A stretch of DNA of 64,000 nt, taken from assembly GCA_026395915.1 (NCBI GenBank), contig JAPLXU010000015.1, forward strand, positions 85-64,084. Direction: 5' to 3'. The first letter of the stretch is position 1; every line of letters begins with the position of its first letter. This document shows, piece after piece, positions 8,802-19,209 of the stretch. Made by a program: the position numbers and the translations under genes. This stretch comes from Candidatus Nomurabacteria bacterium (GTDB lineage Bacteria; Patescibacteriota; Minisyncoccia; Phycocordibacterales; UBA9973). Below the pieces are notes generated by a model, which saw only the letters and a program-made list of their open reading frames with translations, was not told the DNA's origin and did not search any database.

Positions 8802-8822
8802 TTTGCTTCTAGGTTTACATTT

Positions 8823-9536
8823 ATGAAATGCGCTGATGTTCAAAAAGAACTGAAGAAATTTTCATCTCTCAAACGCAAAAAAAGTAATGAGTGGTATTTT
8901 AAAACTGGCGAAGGGGATTATGGGCATGGTGATAAATTTGTCGGCGTCTCGATGCCAGACATTCGTGTTGTTTCCAAAAAGTTTATCGAACTTTCTCTTC
9001 TAGAAATAAAAAAATTGTTGTCATCAAAGATCCATGAAGAGCGCATGGTTGCTCTTGTCATCCTTTCATACCAAATTAAGAAGACTGATAAGCAGACACA
9101 AAAAAAGATTTATAATTTTTATTTAAATAACACAAAATACATAAACAATTGGGACTTGGTAGATGTCACTGTCAACAGAATCGTCGGCGCGTATTTGTGG
9201 GAAAATAAAAATGAGGGCAGGGAAATCTTGTATAAATTTGCGCGCTCAAAAAATATGTGGGAGAGACGTATTGCGATAATAGCGACATCTTACTTCATTT
9301 ATCAAAATAATTTTGTTGACACGTTTAAAATTGCAAAAATACTCTTGAATGACAAAGAAGACCTGCTTCATAAGGCGGTCGGGTGGATGCTCCGAGAGGT
9401 AGGCAAAAGAGATCAAAAGACAGAAGAAGCATTTCTTAAAAAATATTATAAAAAAATGCCTCGTGTCATGCTCCGTTACGCTATAGAAAAATTTCCAGAG
9501 ACAAGGCGGAAGGCATATTTAAAGGGAATGGCGTGA
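8823..9536 (+). CDS. DNA alkylation repair enzyme (AlkD/AlkC-like HEAT-repeat glycosylase family)
   Basis: GDKFVGVSMPDIRVV, WERRIAIIATSYFI and LLHKAVGWMLREVGKRD match the DNA_alkylation family. Confidence 0.7.
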   Translation: MKCADVQKELKKFSSLKRKKSNEWYFKTGEGDYGHGDKFVGVSMPDIRVVSKKFIELSLLEIKKLLSSKIHEERMVALVILSYQIKKTDKQTQKKIYNFYLNNTKYINNWDLVDVTVNRIVGAYLWENKNEGREILYKFARSKNMWERRIAIIATSYFIYQNNFVDTFKIAKILLNDKEDLLHKAVGWMLREVGKRDQKTEEAFLKKYYKKMPRVMLRYAIEKFPETRRKAYLKGMA

Positions 9537-9588
9537 AAATATTTTCGTAGTATAATTGATATATTAGCAATTAAATCAAAAAAATAAT

Positions 9589-9921
9589 ATGAATATGGAA
9601 GGACTAGAAAAAAGAGGGACGCCTGCGATAGAAAGGGGGGTATCTATAAGGGAAAGAGTAGAAGGTTTTAGGGCAATTATTGGAAATATGATAAATCAAA
9701 GCGAGTTGATGGGTGGTTCAACATCTGAAGTGACAACTGCTATTTTTCGTTTGCAAGATGGCACTCCAGAAAATGAGAAAAAACTCAAGGAGGTTCTAGA
9801 TCTCTTGGAAGAACTTAAAGATAGAGGTTTAGGTGAGGTCAAAGGCATAGGAGACAAGGGATTGATAAGGAGGAGGAAAGAAGTTGGGGAAAGGATATCC
9901 ACCTTGGTGTATGGAAGATAG
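9589..9921 (+). CDS. hypothetical protein
   Basis: 110-aa ORF, charged, no recognisable motif. Confidence 0.35.
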   Translation: MNMEGLEKRGTPAIERGVSIRERVEGFRAIIGNMINQSELMGGSTSEVTTAIFRLQDGTPENEKKLKEVLDLLEELKDRGLGEVKGIGDKGLIRRRKEVGERISTLVYGR

Positions 9922-9934
9922 AGGTCTAAATAAA

Positions 9935-10213
9935 ATGACAAAATTACTTGGAAAAATTGTGGACAGTTTCACTATGCAGGGTACGCAGAGGGTGATTTTG
10001 CTTGACCGCGACTGTTCGGCGGATTTGAAATCGGGCGATTCTGTGGAAGTAAATTTTCCGTCTGGGAAAACAAATACAGTGGTAGTGCTTGACGCTCTTT
10101 TGGAAGATGGAACTCCATATAAAATTTCTGGCAAAATCGCAAGTATTACGGTTGAGAATAAGGGTTTTAACGATGAATCTTTGATTGGATGCGATGTGTT
10201 TTTAGTAAAATAA
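9935..10213 (+). CDS. hypothetical protein (start trimmed to ATG 9935 behind GAGG)
   Basis: ORF MTKLLGKIVDSFTMQGTQRV...; overlaps the previous ORF if the upstream start is used. Confidence 0.35.
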   Translation: MTKLLGKIVDSFTMQGTQRVILLDRDCSADLKSGDSVEVNFPSGKTNTVVVLDALLEDGTPYKISGKIASITVENKGFNDESLIGCDVFLVK

Positions 10214-10274
10214 ATGGTAAAATAATCAAATGAACAAAACATTATTCATTATTAATAAATAAAAATATAACTAT

Positions 10275-10853
10275 ATGAAGAAATCTTTAATTATTATAAT
10301 CGTAGTGGTAGCTGTCGTCGTTGTAAGTGTAAGTATATATTATTTTACAATGGGTAATACAAAACAAAACACTACAATTCAATCTCCCACGGTCGATAAT
10401 TCAAATCAAATTAATAATAAACAGACAAATAATATGAATTCACAAAATAATCTCTCTCAAAATGATCAGTCACAAATGACAGATCTAGCAAAAAGCATTT
10501 ATCAAGCTTTTAAGAAAAAGGATGTAAATGCACTACAAATTTTAGCAAAGACAAAAATTACGAATGACGCCGTCAAGGCCAACAAATCATTCGATTCTTA
10601 CGAAAAGAATGAACTTAGGGTATTATCAATGGATTTCAATGATGATACAGAAGATTTGTTGCCTGTTGATTTTTCAACTATAACATTTGTCCTCCAAAGT
10701 GATGGAACTTATAAAGTTCAGGTTATATATAGTAATCGTAAGAGTACGAATAATCTTATTGTTTATTTGAATAAAAATCCAAGTCTAGATATGACAAGCG
10801 AACAAGAAATTTATTTAGGTAAAGTAGATTCAGAATGGGTTTGGGTTAGATAA
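10275..10853 (+). CDS. membrane-anchored N/Q-rich secreted protein, unknown function
   Basis: N-terminal TM segment IIIIVVVAVVVVSVSIYYF then low-complexity N/Q-rich region. Confidence 0.5.
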   Translation: MKKSLIIIIVVVAVVVVSVSIYYFTMGNTKQNTTIQSPTVDNSNQINNKQTNNMNSQNNLSQNDQSQMTDLAKSIYQAFKKKDVNALQILAKTKITNDAVKANKSFDSYEKNELRVLSMDFNDDTEDLLPVDFSTITFVLQSDGTYKVQVIYSNRKSTNNLIVYLNKNPSLDMTSEQEIYLGKVDSEWVWVR

Positions 10854-10870
10854 TAGTTATTATAATCTTT

Positions 10871-11674
10871 ATGCCAATAGGCCTACAAGAAACACGGATT
10901 GATAATATAAGGCAAACCACTTGGGGTTATATACGGAAGCACTATCTTATGCAGGCCGTAGGATTATCGGTTCTTTTCATCATAGGGATTCCTCTTTTTC
11001 CTTTAGCTTTTTTTGTGATTGCACTAGGTATTATGCTGTATTTTTATGTACGCAGAAAAGTTAGATCCGAATTTATAAAACAGATCGGCATATCTATGGG
11101 ATTCACATACTCTTCTACTGCTCCACCTGTCGGAGTAGGAGGAAAATTATTTTCTCTTGGACATAATCCCAAATTAACAGATGTTTTATCAGGACAATAT
11201 CGGAGTATACCCTTAAGATTATTAACATATTCATATATATGTGGCGAAGGTAGGAATGCTTGCAATTATGCATTTTCAGTACTGGAAGTGACATTTCAAA
11301 GCAGTATGCCTGAAATACTTCTTTTTTCAAAAATTAATATAGCGAAAATGCCACCTGATATTTTTTCTATAAGCAAACCTCTTAAACTGGAAGGGGACTT
11401 TAATAATTATTTTTATCTATTTGTCACAAAAGGCTATGAAATGGAAACTCTAGAGCTTTTAACTCCTGATGTTATGACTAATCTTATTGACATTGATAAA
11501 ACATCAAAGAGTAGTTTGGAATTCTTTGGCGATAAAATGTACATCTATATTACTAAGCCAATAAATAGTAAGTCTGACATACAAAACATATTTTCGCTCG
11601 CTGATTTTTTCATAGATTTATTCAAACATAATGCTTCTGAGATACATGTAAATCCGAGCCCTGTGCAACATTAG
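10871..11674 (+). CDS. membrane protein, unknown function
   Basis: 267 aa with two N-terminal TM helices. Confidence 0.45.
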   Translation: MPIGLQETRIDNIRQTTWGYIRKHYLMQAVGLSVLFIIGIPLFPLAFFVIALGIMLYFYVRRKVRSEFIKQIGISMGFTYSSTAPPVGVGGKLFSLGHNPKLTDVLSGQYRSIPLRLLTYSYICGEGRNACNYAFSVLEVTFQSSMPEILLFSKINIAKMPPDIFSISKPLKLEGDFNNYFYLFVTKGYEMETLELLTPDVMTNLIDIDKTSKSSLEFFGDKMYIYITKPINSKSDIQNIFSLADFFIDLFKHNASEIHVNPSPVQH

Positions 11675-11716
11675 GTTAGTAGTGTATTTATGAAAAATAA
11701 ATGGTAAAATAACCAA

Positions 11717-12679
11717 ATGAACAAAACATTATTAATCACAATTGGGGCAATAGCATTAATAATAATCGCAATAATTATTTATATGGACTTTTTTGCTAAA
11801 GAATATGAGATAGCTTCGGTTAAAACATATACTTCACCTGACGGCAGTTTTTCTTTCGAGTATCCAGAGTTTAAGGGGTGGACATCTGGTGCTACTGCAA
11901 ATAAAGATCCGTGGAGTGTTTGGTTTTTAGTTCCGTTTGAGACGGTTGTGGCACCAAGCATTCATGTTTCAGTCAATTTACAGCCCAGTCCTATTGCTCT
12001 TCCCGATATTCTCCCAAAAAATCCTGCAGGTATTACGTATACTAAATACCAAAATGATGGTTGGTTATCATTTATTATTCCTGTGACTGGCATAGCTCAA
12101 GTCAGCGCTAAAGTTGTTGAGATGAAAATTCCTATCAATGAAGATCACGGCTTCTCCTCACAAAAAATGGCGGAGATGATTATTGATACCTTTAAATTTA
12201 AAAGTAACAACATAGTAACCATTAAAGGAATAGGAGTTGATTCAAAAGCAGGACTCCTTATTCAGGAAATCGCCCCCATGACACAAGGAAAATTAATTGC
12301 AGATTTGACCATTGACGAAGCAAAAAAATATATTGGTAAGTTAATAGAAGTCAAAGGTATATTACATGAAAATACATGCACAAAAGCAAATGAATTATCA
12401 CCAAACTCAATTTCCCAATGTTTTGATGGTGAATATATTACAAATTCAACTATTAAAATTATTCCAGTAACCAGAACTATTAAGTCCTTCAAAGATTTAA
12501 AGATAGGTATGACTCCTGAAGAAGTGGTAAAATCGGTCGGAGAAGCGGATGGGGATATATGTTCTGGTTTATTTTGTCCAGAATATCTTCTTAAAGATGG
12601 TTCTTATATCACTCTTGGTTTCTCTCTGGGAAAATTATCTTCAATGTCCAATGGAGATAAAAATCTTTTAATTAAATAA
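11717..12679 (+). CDS. membrane-anchored secreted protein, unknown function
   Basis: N-terminal TM segment LLITIGAIALIIIAIIIYM. Confidence 0.45.
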   Translation: MNKTLLITIGAIALIIIAIIIYMDFFAKEYEIASVKTYTSPDGSFSFEYPEFKGWTSGATANKDPWSVWFLVPFETVVAPSIHVSVNLQPSPIALPDILPKNPAGITYTKYQNDGWLSFIIPVTGIAQVSAKVVEMKIPINEDHGFSSQKMAEMIIDTFKFKSNNIVTIKGIGVDSKAGLLIQEIAPMTQGKLIADLTIDEAKKYIGKLIEVKGILHENTCTKANELSPNSISQCFDGEYITNSTIKIIPVTRTIKSFKDLKIGMTPEEVVKSVGEADGDICSGLFCPEYLLKDGSYITLGFSLGKLSSMSNGDKNLLIK

Positions 12680-12691
12680 TTATAAATTCAC

Positions 12692-13558
12692 ATGCCCAAA
12701 CAAAAACAAATTTCAACTTTAGTCGGTATCGCGATAATCATCGCGTCAATAATTGTCTTCCTCGGCGGAGTTTTTGCGTATCAACATTTTGTAATACAAA
12801 AAATTCAGCAGACAAACATAGTTCAACCCGCAGACCCAACCGCTAATTGGAAAACGTATACAAACACTCAACGTGGATTTGAAATAAAATACCCAGATGG
12901 CGGAAGTGTACAGCCAATGAATGAGATGCCTTGGTGTCGTTGCGAAGAAATCTCTTATTATGAATTCGATGCTCTTTTATCGGGTCCTTTTAATACCCCA
13001 AATGATATTCATATTATTGGGGGTATAGATCCTAAGGAGATTACAACAATAACGGAAACTACGGTAAATAATCTGCCAGCTAAAGTGAGTGAACAACATT
13101 CGTCAGATTACTTTGATATTCTTTACGTAATTCAAGATGTTAAAAGAGAAGAGTATTGGGGGATCAATCTTGGTGGTCAAAGGGCTGGTAAGAATGATAA
13201 AGACTATAATAAAAAGTTTAATGACCAAAAGAAGTTTTTGAAACAAATTGTCTCCACTTTTAAATTAATAAAAAAGACAGACAAAGTTCCACAGACACAA
13301 ACAACTTTAATCTCAGGACAAGAAGCAATCAATATTGTAAAGAATCTTCCAGATGTAAAACATTGGCTTTCTGCATTCACTGGTCCAGAAAATACAAATC
13401 CCAAAACTGGTGGAAAAGCCATGATAACGTCAGATGGCAAGACAAGCGGACAATATATGATACATGCCTACGAAAGCTTGCCCGACCACGATGTTACTTT
13501 TGGTTGGTATTATGTTGATGTGAACACAGGTAAAGTTGTAGATACATTTAAACAATGA
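12692..13558 (+). CDS. membrane-anchored secreted protein, unknown function
   Basis: N-terminal TM segment ISTLVGIAIIIASIIVFLGGVFAY. Confidence 0.45.
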   Translation: MPKQKQISTLVGIAIIIASIIVFLGGVFAYQHFVIQKIQQTNIVQPADPTANWKTYTNTQRGFEIKYPDGGSVQPMNEMPWCRCEEISYYEFDALLSGPFNTPNDIHIIGGIDPKEITTITETTVNNLPAKVSEQHSSDYFDILYVIQDVKREEYWGINLGGQRAGKNDKDYNKKFNDQKKFLKQIVSTFKLIKKTDKVPQTQTTLISGQEAINIVKNLPDVKHWLSAFTGPENTNPKTGGKAMITSDGKTSGQYMIHAYESLPDHDVTFGWYYVDVNTGKVVDTFKQ

Positions 13559-13791
13559 AAATTCAAGTTTTAGGTTCGGGTTGTAAAACCTGTAAAAAAT
13601 TATATGAAATAACTCAAAAAGCTGTAGCTGAATTGGGTTTAAGTGAGAATGTTGAATATATCACTGATATTCAAAAAATAGTGGCTATGGGTTTAATGCA
13701 AAGTCCTGTTTTGGTCGTGGACGGCAAACCTATTTTGATTGGTTTTACTTCTGACATAGAGAAAATTAAAAAGTTGATAAAAGGGAATTAA
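13555..13791 (+). CDS. small thioredoxin-fold redox protein (Thioredoxin_3 / TM0021-like)
   Basis: MKIQVLGSGCKTCKKLYE...VVDGKPIL matches the CxxC thioredoxin_3 family. Confidence 0.65.
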   Translation: MKIQVLGSGCKTCKKLYEITQKAVAELGLSENVEYITDIQKIVAMGLMQSPVLVVDGKPILIGFTSDIEKIKKLIKGN

Positions 13792-13793
13792 TT

Positions 13794-14759
13794 ATGAGTA
13801 TCTTTTACCCTGTAAAATTGCTAGCTGATTGGCTTACTTATTCTGTTTTTATAATTACACCAAAAACTCTTTTGGCTGATGCAGTCAATTTCTTTATTTA
13901 TGACACGATAAAAATATTTATTCTTTTAGGTGTAATTATTTTTGCCGTTTCAATAATCCGTTCATATCTGCCACCCGAAAAAATAAGAGCTGTTTTGTCT
14001 CATAAAAATAGATATACAGGTAATGTTGTCGCTTCACTTTTTGGAATAGTAACTCCATTTTGTTCTTGTTCAGCTATTCCATTATTCTTGGGATTTATTC
14101 AAGCAGGTGTTCCGCTCGGAACCACTTTCTCTTTTCTTGTGGCTTCTCCAATGATAAATGAAGTAGCCCTCATTTTGCTTTTTGGAATGTTTGGTTGGAA
14201 GATTGCTTTGATGTATATAACGAGCGGATTGATTATTTCTATTCTTTCCGGAATAATAATTGGCAAGATGAAAGTAGAAAGTTTGGTTGAGCCATTTGTT
14301 TATCAAAATACTGTAAATAGGAATGTTGATTTGCCATCCATGTCTCGAAAAGAAAGAATTACTTACGCTCTTGATTACACAAAAGATATTCTGAAAAAAG
14401 TCTGGCCATATATTTTAATTGGTATTGGAATTGGCGCTTGGATACACGGCTATGTTCCTGCTGACTTTTTGGCTCAATATGCTGGAAGTGGTAAATGGTA
14501 TGCTGTGCCACTTGCTGTTTTAATTGGCATTCCTCTTTATTCGAATGCGGCTGGAATTATTCCACTTGTGTCCGTTTTGACCGAAAAGGGAGTATCCATG
14601 GGTACCACGCTTGCTTTTATGATGTCTGTCACTGCTTTATCCTTGCCGGAATTTATGATTTTGAAAAAGGTAATGAAAATTAAACTAATTTTTATTTTTG
14701 CCGGAATAGTGGCTGTGGGCATTATCTTCACAGGGTATCTTTTTAATTTAGTTATTTAA
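13794..14759 (+). CDS. permease of the DUF318/ArsP-like family
   Basis: TPFCSCSAIPLF motif and 8-10 TM helices; classic neighbour of thioredoxin_3 genes. Confidence 0.65.
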   Translation: MSIFYPVKLLADWLTYSVFIITPKTLLADAVNFFIYDTIKIFILLGVIIFAVSIIRSYLPPEKIRAVLSHKNRYTGNVVASLFGIVTPFCSCSAIPLFLGFIQAGVPLGTTFSFLVASPMINEVALILLFGMFGWKIALMYITSGLIISILSGIIIGKMKVESLVEPFVYQNTVNRNVDLPSMSRKERITYALDYTKDILKKVWPYILIGIGIGAWIHGYVPADFLAQYAGSGKWYAVPLAVLIGIPLYSNAAGIIPLVSVLTEKGVSMGTTLAFMMSVTALSLPEFMILKKVMKIKLIFIFAGIVAVGIIFTGYLFNLVI

Positions 14760-14780
14760 TCGAAAAATATTTTTTCTTAT

Positions 14781-15842
14781 TTAATCCAAAAAGATCCTGT
14801 AGAAAAAAGAACTGAGGTTGATGAGTGGCGACAGAACATAATCGAACCATTTTGGTTTGTATGTTTTGTAATCAAACAAAATTGAGTCCTTTTTCCATTC
14901 TTCCACAATAGAACAAAGTTTTGAAACTACTTCTATATCTTTTGAAAAAATGCCGACTTCGGAATTGAAATCAAAAGATAAAAAATCCAGATTTTGCGAG
15001 CCGATCATTGCCTCCCTTTTGTCTATTATCATAGCTTTCGCATGGTTCATCTCTTTCTCTATATAAAATCTAACACCTAGCTTGGAGAGCTTGTATATGT
15101 AAAAATAATTTACGCGATCGACAAAAAAATGGTCGGTGCTTTTTGGGATGAGCACTTCTATGTTTACTTTGCGCAATATAGCTTGATGAAGAGCCGCTCT
15201 GATCCAACGTCTTGGTATAAAATACGGAGTTATTAAGATAATGCTTTTTTCCGCTTTGTTCAGATATTGTTTATAAATTCTTTTCAGGTGAAATTTTTTA
15301 CTGACAGGAGAATGCTCCACTATCCAAGTATTCATTTTTATCTTTTTAGTTCTGTTGTTTTTTGATAACAGTGTTGGGTCTTTGCCTCCGGCATTCATAT
15401 AAGACTTTGTAAAAGACGCAGTAACTTTTTTTACCAAATTGCCTTTTATTTTGACCATCAAGTCATTCCAAAATCTGGAAGTTTGGTAAATGTTTACGCC
15501 TCCGACAAACGCAACACGTTCATCCACGACCAAGACCTTTCTATGCGCGCGGTGAAGCAGGTATGACATCGTCAATATTTCAACTCCAGCTTTTTCCAAT
15601 TCGAAAACTGCATCATCTTTTAAGTCGGCGCTACCAAGAGAATCCAGTATAATTTTAACTTGTAGTCCTTGCTCAGCTTTTTCTTTTAACAGATTAAAAA
15701 AGTCGAACTCCTTCATATTATCTTCAAAAATATACATTTCTAAATAAATTGATTTTTTCGCGTTAGAAATGGTCTCAAACATGGCTTTCCACGCTTTTTC
15801 TGAGTTGGTAAAGAATTTATAGTTCATGGTAACATTATACAC
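14781..15842 (-). CDS. phospholipase D family protein (cardiolipin synthase-like), two HKD motifs
   Basis: HRKVLVVDERVAFVGGVNI and HAKAMIIDKREAMIGSQNLD are HxKx4D motifs. Confidence 0.7.
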   Translation of the reverse strand: MYNVTMNYKFFTNSEKAWKAMFETISNAKKSIYLEMYIFEDNMKEFDFFNLLKEKAEQGLQVKIILDSLGSADLKDDAVFELEKAGVEILTMSYLLHRAHRKVLVVDERVAFVGGVNIYQTSRFWNDLMVKIKGNLVKKVTASFTKSYMNAGGKDPTLLSKNNRTKKIKMNTWIVEHSPVSKKFHLKRIYKQYLNKAEKSIILITPYFIPRRWIRAALHQAILRKVNIEVLIPKSTDHFFVDRVNYFYIYKLSKLGVRFYIEKEMNHAKAMIIDKREAMIGSQNLDFLSFDFNSEVGIFSKDIEVVSKLCSIVEEWKKDSILFDYKTYKPKWFDYVLSPLINLSSFFYRIFLD

Positions 15843-15897
15843 GAGTTAAATAATATGCTACAATAGCAGTATTATAATTATTTAAGTAAAAAAATAT

Positions 15898-16023
15898 ATG
15901 GCAAAAAGAGGCACAACACTTAGTCAGAGACCTAGATCAAGACGTTCACATAAGACCAAGAAGCGATTAGCAATCAAGAAATCTATGCTTGATAAAAAAG
16001 CTTTGCGCAGAAAGTCTCGATAA
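15898..16023 (+). CDS. 41-aa highly basic peptide (ribosomal-protein-like composition), unassigned
   Basis: MAKRGTTLSQRPRSRRSHKTKKRLAIKKSMLDKKALRRKSR, with a TATAAT-like box just upstream; below ORF-track cutoff. Confidence 0.3.
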   Translation: MAKRGTTLSQRPRSRRSHKTKKRLAIKKSMLDKKALRRKSR

Positions 16024-16049
16024 AATAATTTTCGTGTTACAATAAATAT

Positions 16050-16724
16050 ATGGAAAATATAAAAAAGAATTGGGTTTTGGTCTTTGGGGGATTACTATTA
16101 ATTTTTTCTTTTCTCAGTTTTTTTGCAGCGCAGAATTTCTCTAAACAGCAGTCTTATGTCGAAGTGAAGGGCTTGTCGGAAAAAATAGTCAAAGCCGATG
16201 TTGCGATCTGGTCAATGAACTTTGAAGTCAAATCGAACGATATTGATTCGCTTTATGCTGAGATCGAGAGAAACACTACAGCGATTGATTCTTTCTTGAA
16301 GGACAGAGGTTTCGACGCATCAGAAATAAATGTCGCGCCAGTAAATATTTACCAAGACACCTACAAAGACGCATTGTTTAGATACAATTCAACTACTCAA
16401 TTGTCAGTCTACACGAAAAAAGTTGATCTAGTCCGATCTGCTTCAAAAGATTCTTTGCTTCTAGTCAAAAAAGGGGTTACTCTAAGCCAGAATTCCATTT
16501 CTTTTGAATTTTCAGATATCAACAGCGTGAAACCGGAAATGTTAGCTGAGGCTATAAAAAATGCGAAAGACGCTGCTATCAAATTCGCGAAAGAATCCGG
16601 ATCGAGTCTTGGCAGTGTGTCTCGCGGGAATCAAGGCGTCTTTGATATTTCCGACAAAGATCCCGGCTCCCCAGAATTCAAAAAAATCCGCGTTGTTTCC
16701 AGTTTGAGATTTTTGATAAACTAA
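16050..16724 (+). CDS. SIMPL/DUF541-like periplasmic protein
   Basis: N-terminal TM segment, then VEVKGLSEKIVKADVAIWSMNFEV... resembling the YggE/SIMPL architecture. Confidence 0.45.
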   Translation: MENIKKNWVLVFGGLLLIFSFLSFFAAQNFSKQQSYVEVKGLSEKIVKADVAIWSMNFEVKSNDIDSLYAEIERNTTAIDSFLKDRGFDASEINVAPVNIYQDTYKDALFRYNSTTQLSVYTKKVDLVRSASKDSLLLVKKGVTLSQNSISFEFSDINSVKPEMLAEAIKNAKDAAIKFAKESGSSLGSVSRGNQGVFDISDKDPGSPEFKKIRVVSSLRFLIN

Positions 16725-17203
16725 TGACTAAGAAAAAATCGTCAAAAAAATCAAAAAAAATTGTAATGGTCAGCGGGGGATACGACCCTGTTCACATTGG
16801 ACATATTCGTCAATTTAAAGCTGCAAAAGCTTTAGGTGATAAACTTGTCGTGGTTTTAAATAACGATAATTGGCTTAAATTAAAAAAAGGATATGTTTTT
16901 ATGCCGGAAAATGAACGCAAGGAGATATTGGAAGGTATAAAGTATGTTGATGAAGTTGTGATTTCTAAACACAAACCAAACACAGAAGACATTAGTATCT
17001 ATAACGAACTACAGATGATTCGTCCGCACATTTTTGCTAAAGGGGGTGATCGCAAGCCTTCCCATGTTCCTATTCCAACTCCTGAAGTGACTTTTTGTGA
17101 AGAAATAGGTTGTGAAATAATATACAATGTAGGTGAAGGTGGCAAGGTCCAAAGCTCGTCGGAATTAGTAAAGAAAGCCCAGAAAGCAAAAAATAAAAAA
17201 TAA
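16724..17203 (+). CDS. cytidylyltransferase-fold nucleotidyltransferase (RfaE domain II / TagD-like)
   Basis: HIGH-type motif GGYDPVHIGHI and KGGDRKP motif shared with ADP-heptose synthase domain II. Confidence 0.6.
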   Translation: MTKKKSSKKSKKIVMVSGGYDPVHIGHIRQFKAAKALGDKLVVVLNNDNWLKLKKGYVFMPENERKEILEGIKYVDEVVISKHKPNTEDISIYNELQMIRPHIFAKGGDRKPSHVPIPTPEVTFCEEIGCEIIYNVGEGGKVQSSSELVKKAQKAKNKK

Positions 17204-17206
17204 AAA

Positions 17207-17959
17207 ATGAAACCATTAGATCAAATTTCAAAAGAGGATCTCAGTAAAATTAAAATGATTGTTTTTGACGTTGACGGAGTGCTTGTTCCAAGAGGGACAA
17301 AAATCAAGCAAGTCGGAAATACAACCACTTTGCAGACAAAAGTAATCGCGGAAAAACAAATAGAACAAATAAGTGAGCTCAACAGAAGAGGATACTTGAT
17401 AAACATCAGTTCTGGAAGAGGACTCTATATGTTACAAGAAATGTTTCGAGACATTTTACCCTTTGTCAGTCTCACTTACGAAAACGGCAGCGCGACTTGG
17501 TATAGGGGGAAAATCTATCAGCATGTGAATAGTTTTGAATATCTCAAAGATGTTTTTCCTAAACTGAAAAAATTAGCAAGCGAAAATAAAGATATAAGAG
17601 GATTTGAACCAAAAGAATTTATTATAACTCTGCATTGCAAAAAACAAATTAAAGAAATTGAGGAGATAGTAAAAAAATATCCAAAGCTTACCACTTTCTG
17701 GAATGGTGAAGCGTATGATGTTGAATTGAAAAAAGACCAGACGAAAGCGGTAGGCCTGAGACATGTGATGAAAGTCTTTAAATTAAAAAGAGAGAATGTC
17801 ATGGCTATAGGGGATAATTACAATGACCAAGAACTCGTAAAAGAGAGCGGAATGTCTGTATCTGCCGATAAAACAAGGGTTAAAGCTAAATTCTACGTTC
17901 CTTTGGAGGGCGAATTTCTCCCAGCAGATGTTTTAATGCAAAAGATCTTGTCATTTTAA
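17207..17959 (+). CDS. HAD-superfamily hydrolase/phosphatase
   Basis: MIVFDVDGVLV (DxDG motif I) and IGDNYNDQEL (motif IV). Confidence 0.55.
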   Translation: MKPLDQISKEDLSKIKMIVFDVDGVLVPRGTKIKQVGNTTTLQTKVIAEKQIEQISELNRRGYLINISSGRGLYMLQEMFRDILPFVSLTYENGSATWYRGKIYQHVNSFEYLKDVFPKLKKLASENKDIRGFEPKEFIITLHCKKQIKEIEEIVKKYPKLTTFWNGEAYDVELKKDQTKAVGLRHVMKVFKLKRENVMAIGDNYNDQELVKESGMSVSADKTRVKAKFYVPLEGEFLPADVLMQKILSF

Positions 17960-18002
17960 GATGAAGAGGTTTTTTGTGGATTGGCTAAAGGATCGTTTAG
18001 TT

Positions 18003-18010
18003 GTATAATA
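18003..18010 (+). promoter_or_regulatory. extended -10 element TGTATAAT ahead of the first GH130 gene
   Basis: TGnTATAAT read directly, 30 nt upstream of ATG 18041. Confidence 0.35.
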
Positions 18011-18040
18011 ACGATATCAGTTTTAATATTTAAAGAGATA

Positions 18041-19204
18041 ATGGCTACCCTAAAAAAGAAAAAAATAATATCTGTTCGCGTTCCTAGAGGAAAATCTCGA
18101 CGCTTGAACGGGTCAGGATCTCGGCTCAAAACACCTCAAAAGAAAACTGTTAAAAAAACCGTTGCGAAAATTTCTGTTCTCGATTTAAAAAGGTCAAAGA
18201 AAAATCCTATTATCGAACCGGAAAGTCACAAGTATTGGGAATCAAAGGCGGCCTTCAATCCGAGCGCGATTTATCACGACGGCAAAATTCATATAATCTA
18301 CCGAGCGATCGGCGATAGCGATATTTCTGTGCTGGGATATGCGAGAAGCAATGATGGCTACTCTTTCGATAAAGATTCGAAAGAGATGGCGTATTATTCC
18401 AAAGCAAAACAAGTTACCAGTGGAAAATTATCGCCACAAATTCTTTATTCTTCCGGTGGTGGTTGGGGTGGCGGTTGCGAAGATCCTCGGCTGACACTTA
18501 TAGGAAACAGAGTTTACATGCTTTACACGTCTTTTGACGGTTGGGGATCTCTGCGTATCGCTCTCACTTCCATTAGTCTGAATGATTTTATTTCTCGACG
18601 CTGGGATTGGAAAGAACCCGTTCTCATTTCTCCGCCCGGCGAGATACATAAAAACTGGGTGCTTTTCCCGGAAAAAATTAACGGCAAATATGCGATATTG
18701 CATAGCTTCGCTCCAAAAATTTTGGTTGACTATTTTGATAGCTTGGAAGAACTCAACGGCAAGAAATTTATAAAAAGTAACAATACGAGACCTGTGGACA
18801 CAACTCGGACTTGGGACAGCTGGTTTCGTGGAGTCGGGCCTGCTCCAATCAAAACCAAATATGGCTGGCTGATTATTTATCATGCAATGGATCATCGAAA
18901 TCCCGACAGATACAGAATCGGCGCGATGATTTTAGACATCAAAGATCTGACAAAAGTTTTATATCGTTCCAAAGAACCGATTCTCGAACCGGAGGAATGG
19001 TACGAAAACGAAGGATACAAGAGTGGAGTCGTGTATTCTTGCGGAGCAGTTGTAAAAGGAGGGGAGCTGTTTGTATATTACGGCGGAGCGGACAAAGTCT
19101 CTTGCGTGGCGACAGCCAATTTAAATAAATTTTTGGAAGAATTGATTAGCAATAATGCTTATAAACTAAAATCCACTGCCCGCGCTGGTGAAAAGAAAAA
19201 GTAA
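18041..19204 (+). CDS. glycoside hydrolase family 130 / DUF377 (PH1107-related) glycosidase-phosphorylase with ~60-aa lysine-rich N-terminal extension
   Basis: FNPSAIYHDGKIHIIYRAIG, GGCEDPRLT, APIKTKYGWLIIYH and YYGGADK are GH130 blocks. ORF track starts at 17981; ATG 18041 is preferred behind the promoter. Confidence 0.75.
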   Translation: MATLKKKKIISVRVPRGKSRRLNGSGSRLKTPQKKTVKKTVAKISVLDLKRSKKNPIIEPESHKYWESKAAFNPSAIYHDGKIHIIYRAIGDSDISVLGYARSNDGYSFDKDSKEMAYYSKAKQVTSGKLSPQILYSSGGGWGGGCEDPRLTLIGNRVYMLYTSFDGWGSLRIALTSISLNDFISRRWDWKEPVLISPPGEIHKNWVLFPEKINGKYAILHSFAPKILVDYFDSLEELNGKKFIKSNNTRPVDTTRTWDSWFRGVGPAPIKTKYGWLIIYHAMDHRNPDRYRIGAMILDIKDLTKVLYRSKEPILEPEEWYENEGYKSGVVYSCGAVVKGGELFVYYGGADKVSCVATANLNKFLEELISNNAYKLKSTARAGEKKK

Positions 19205-19209
19205 GAATT

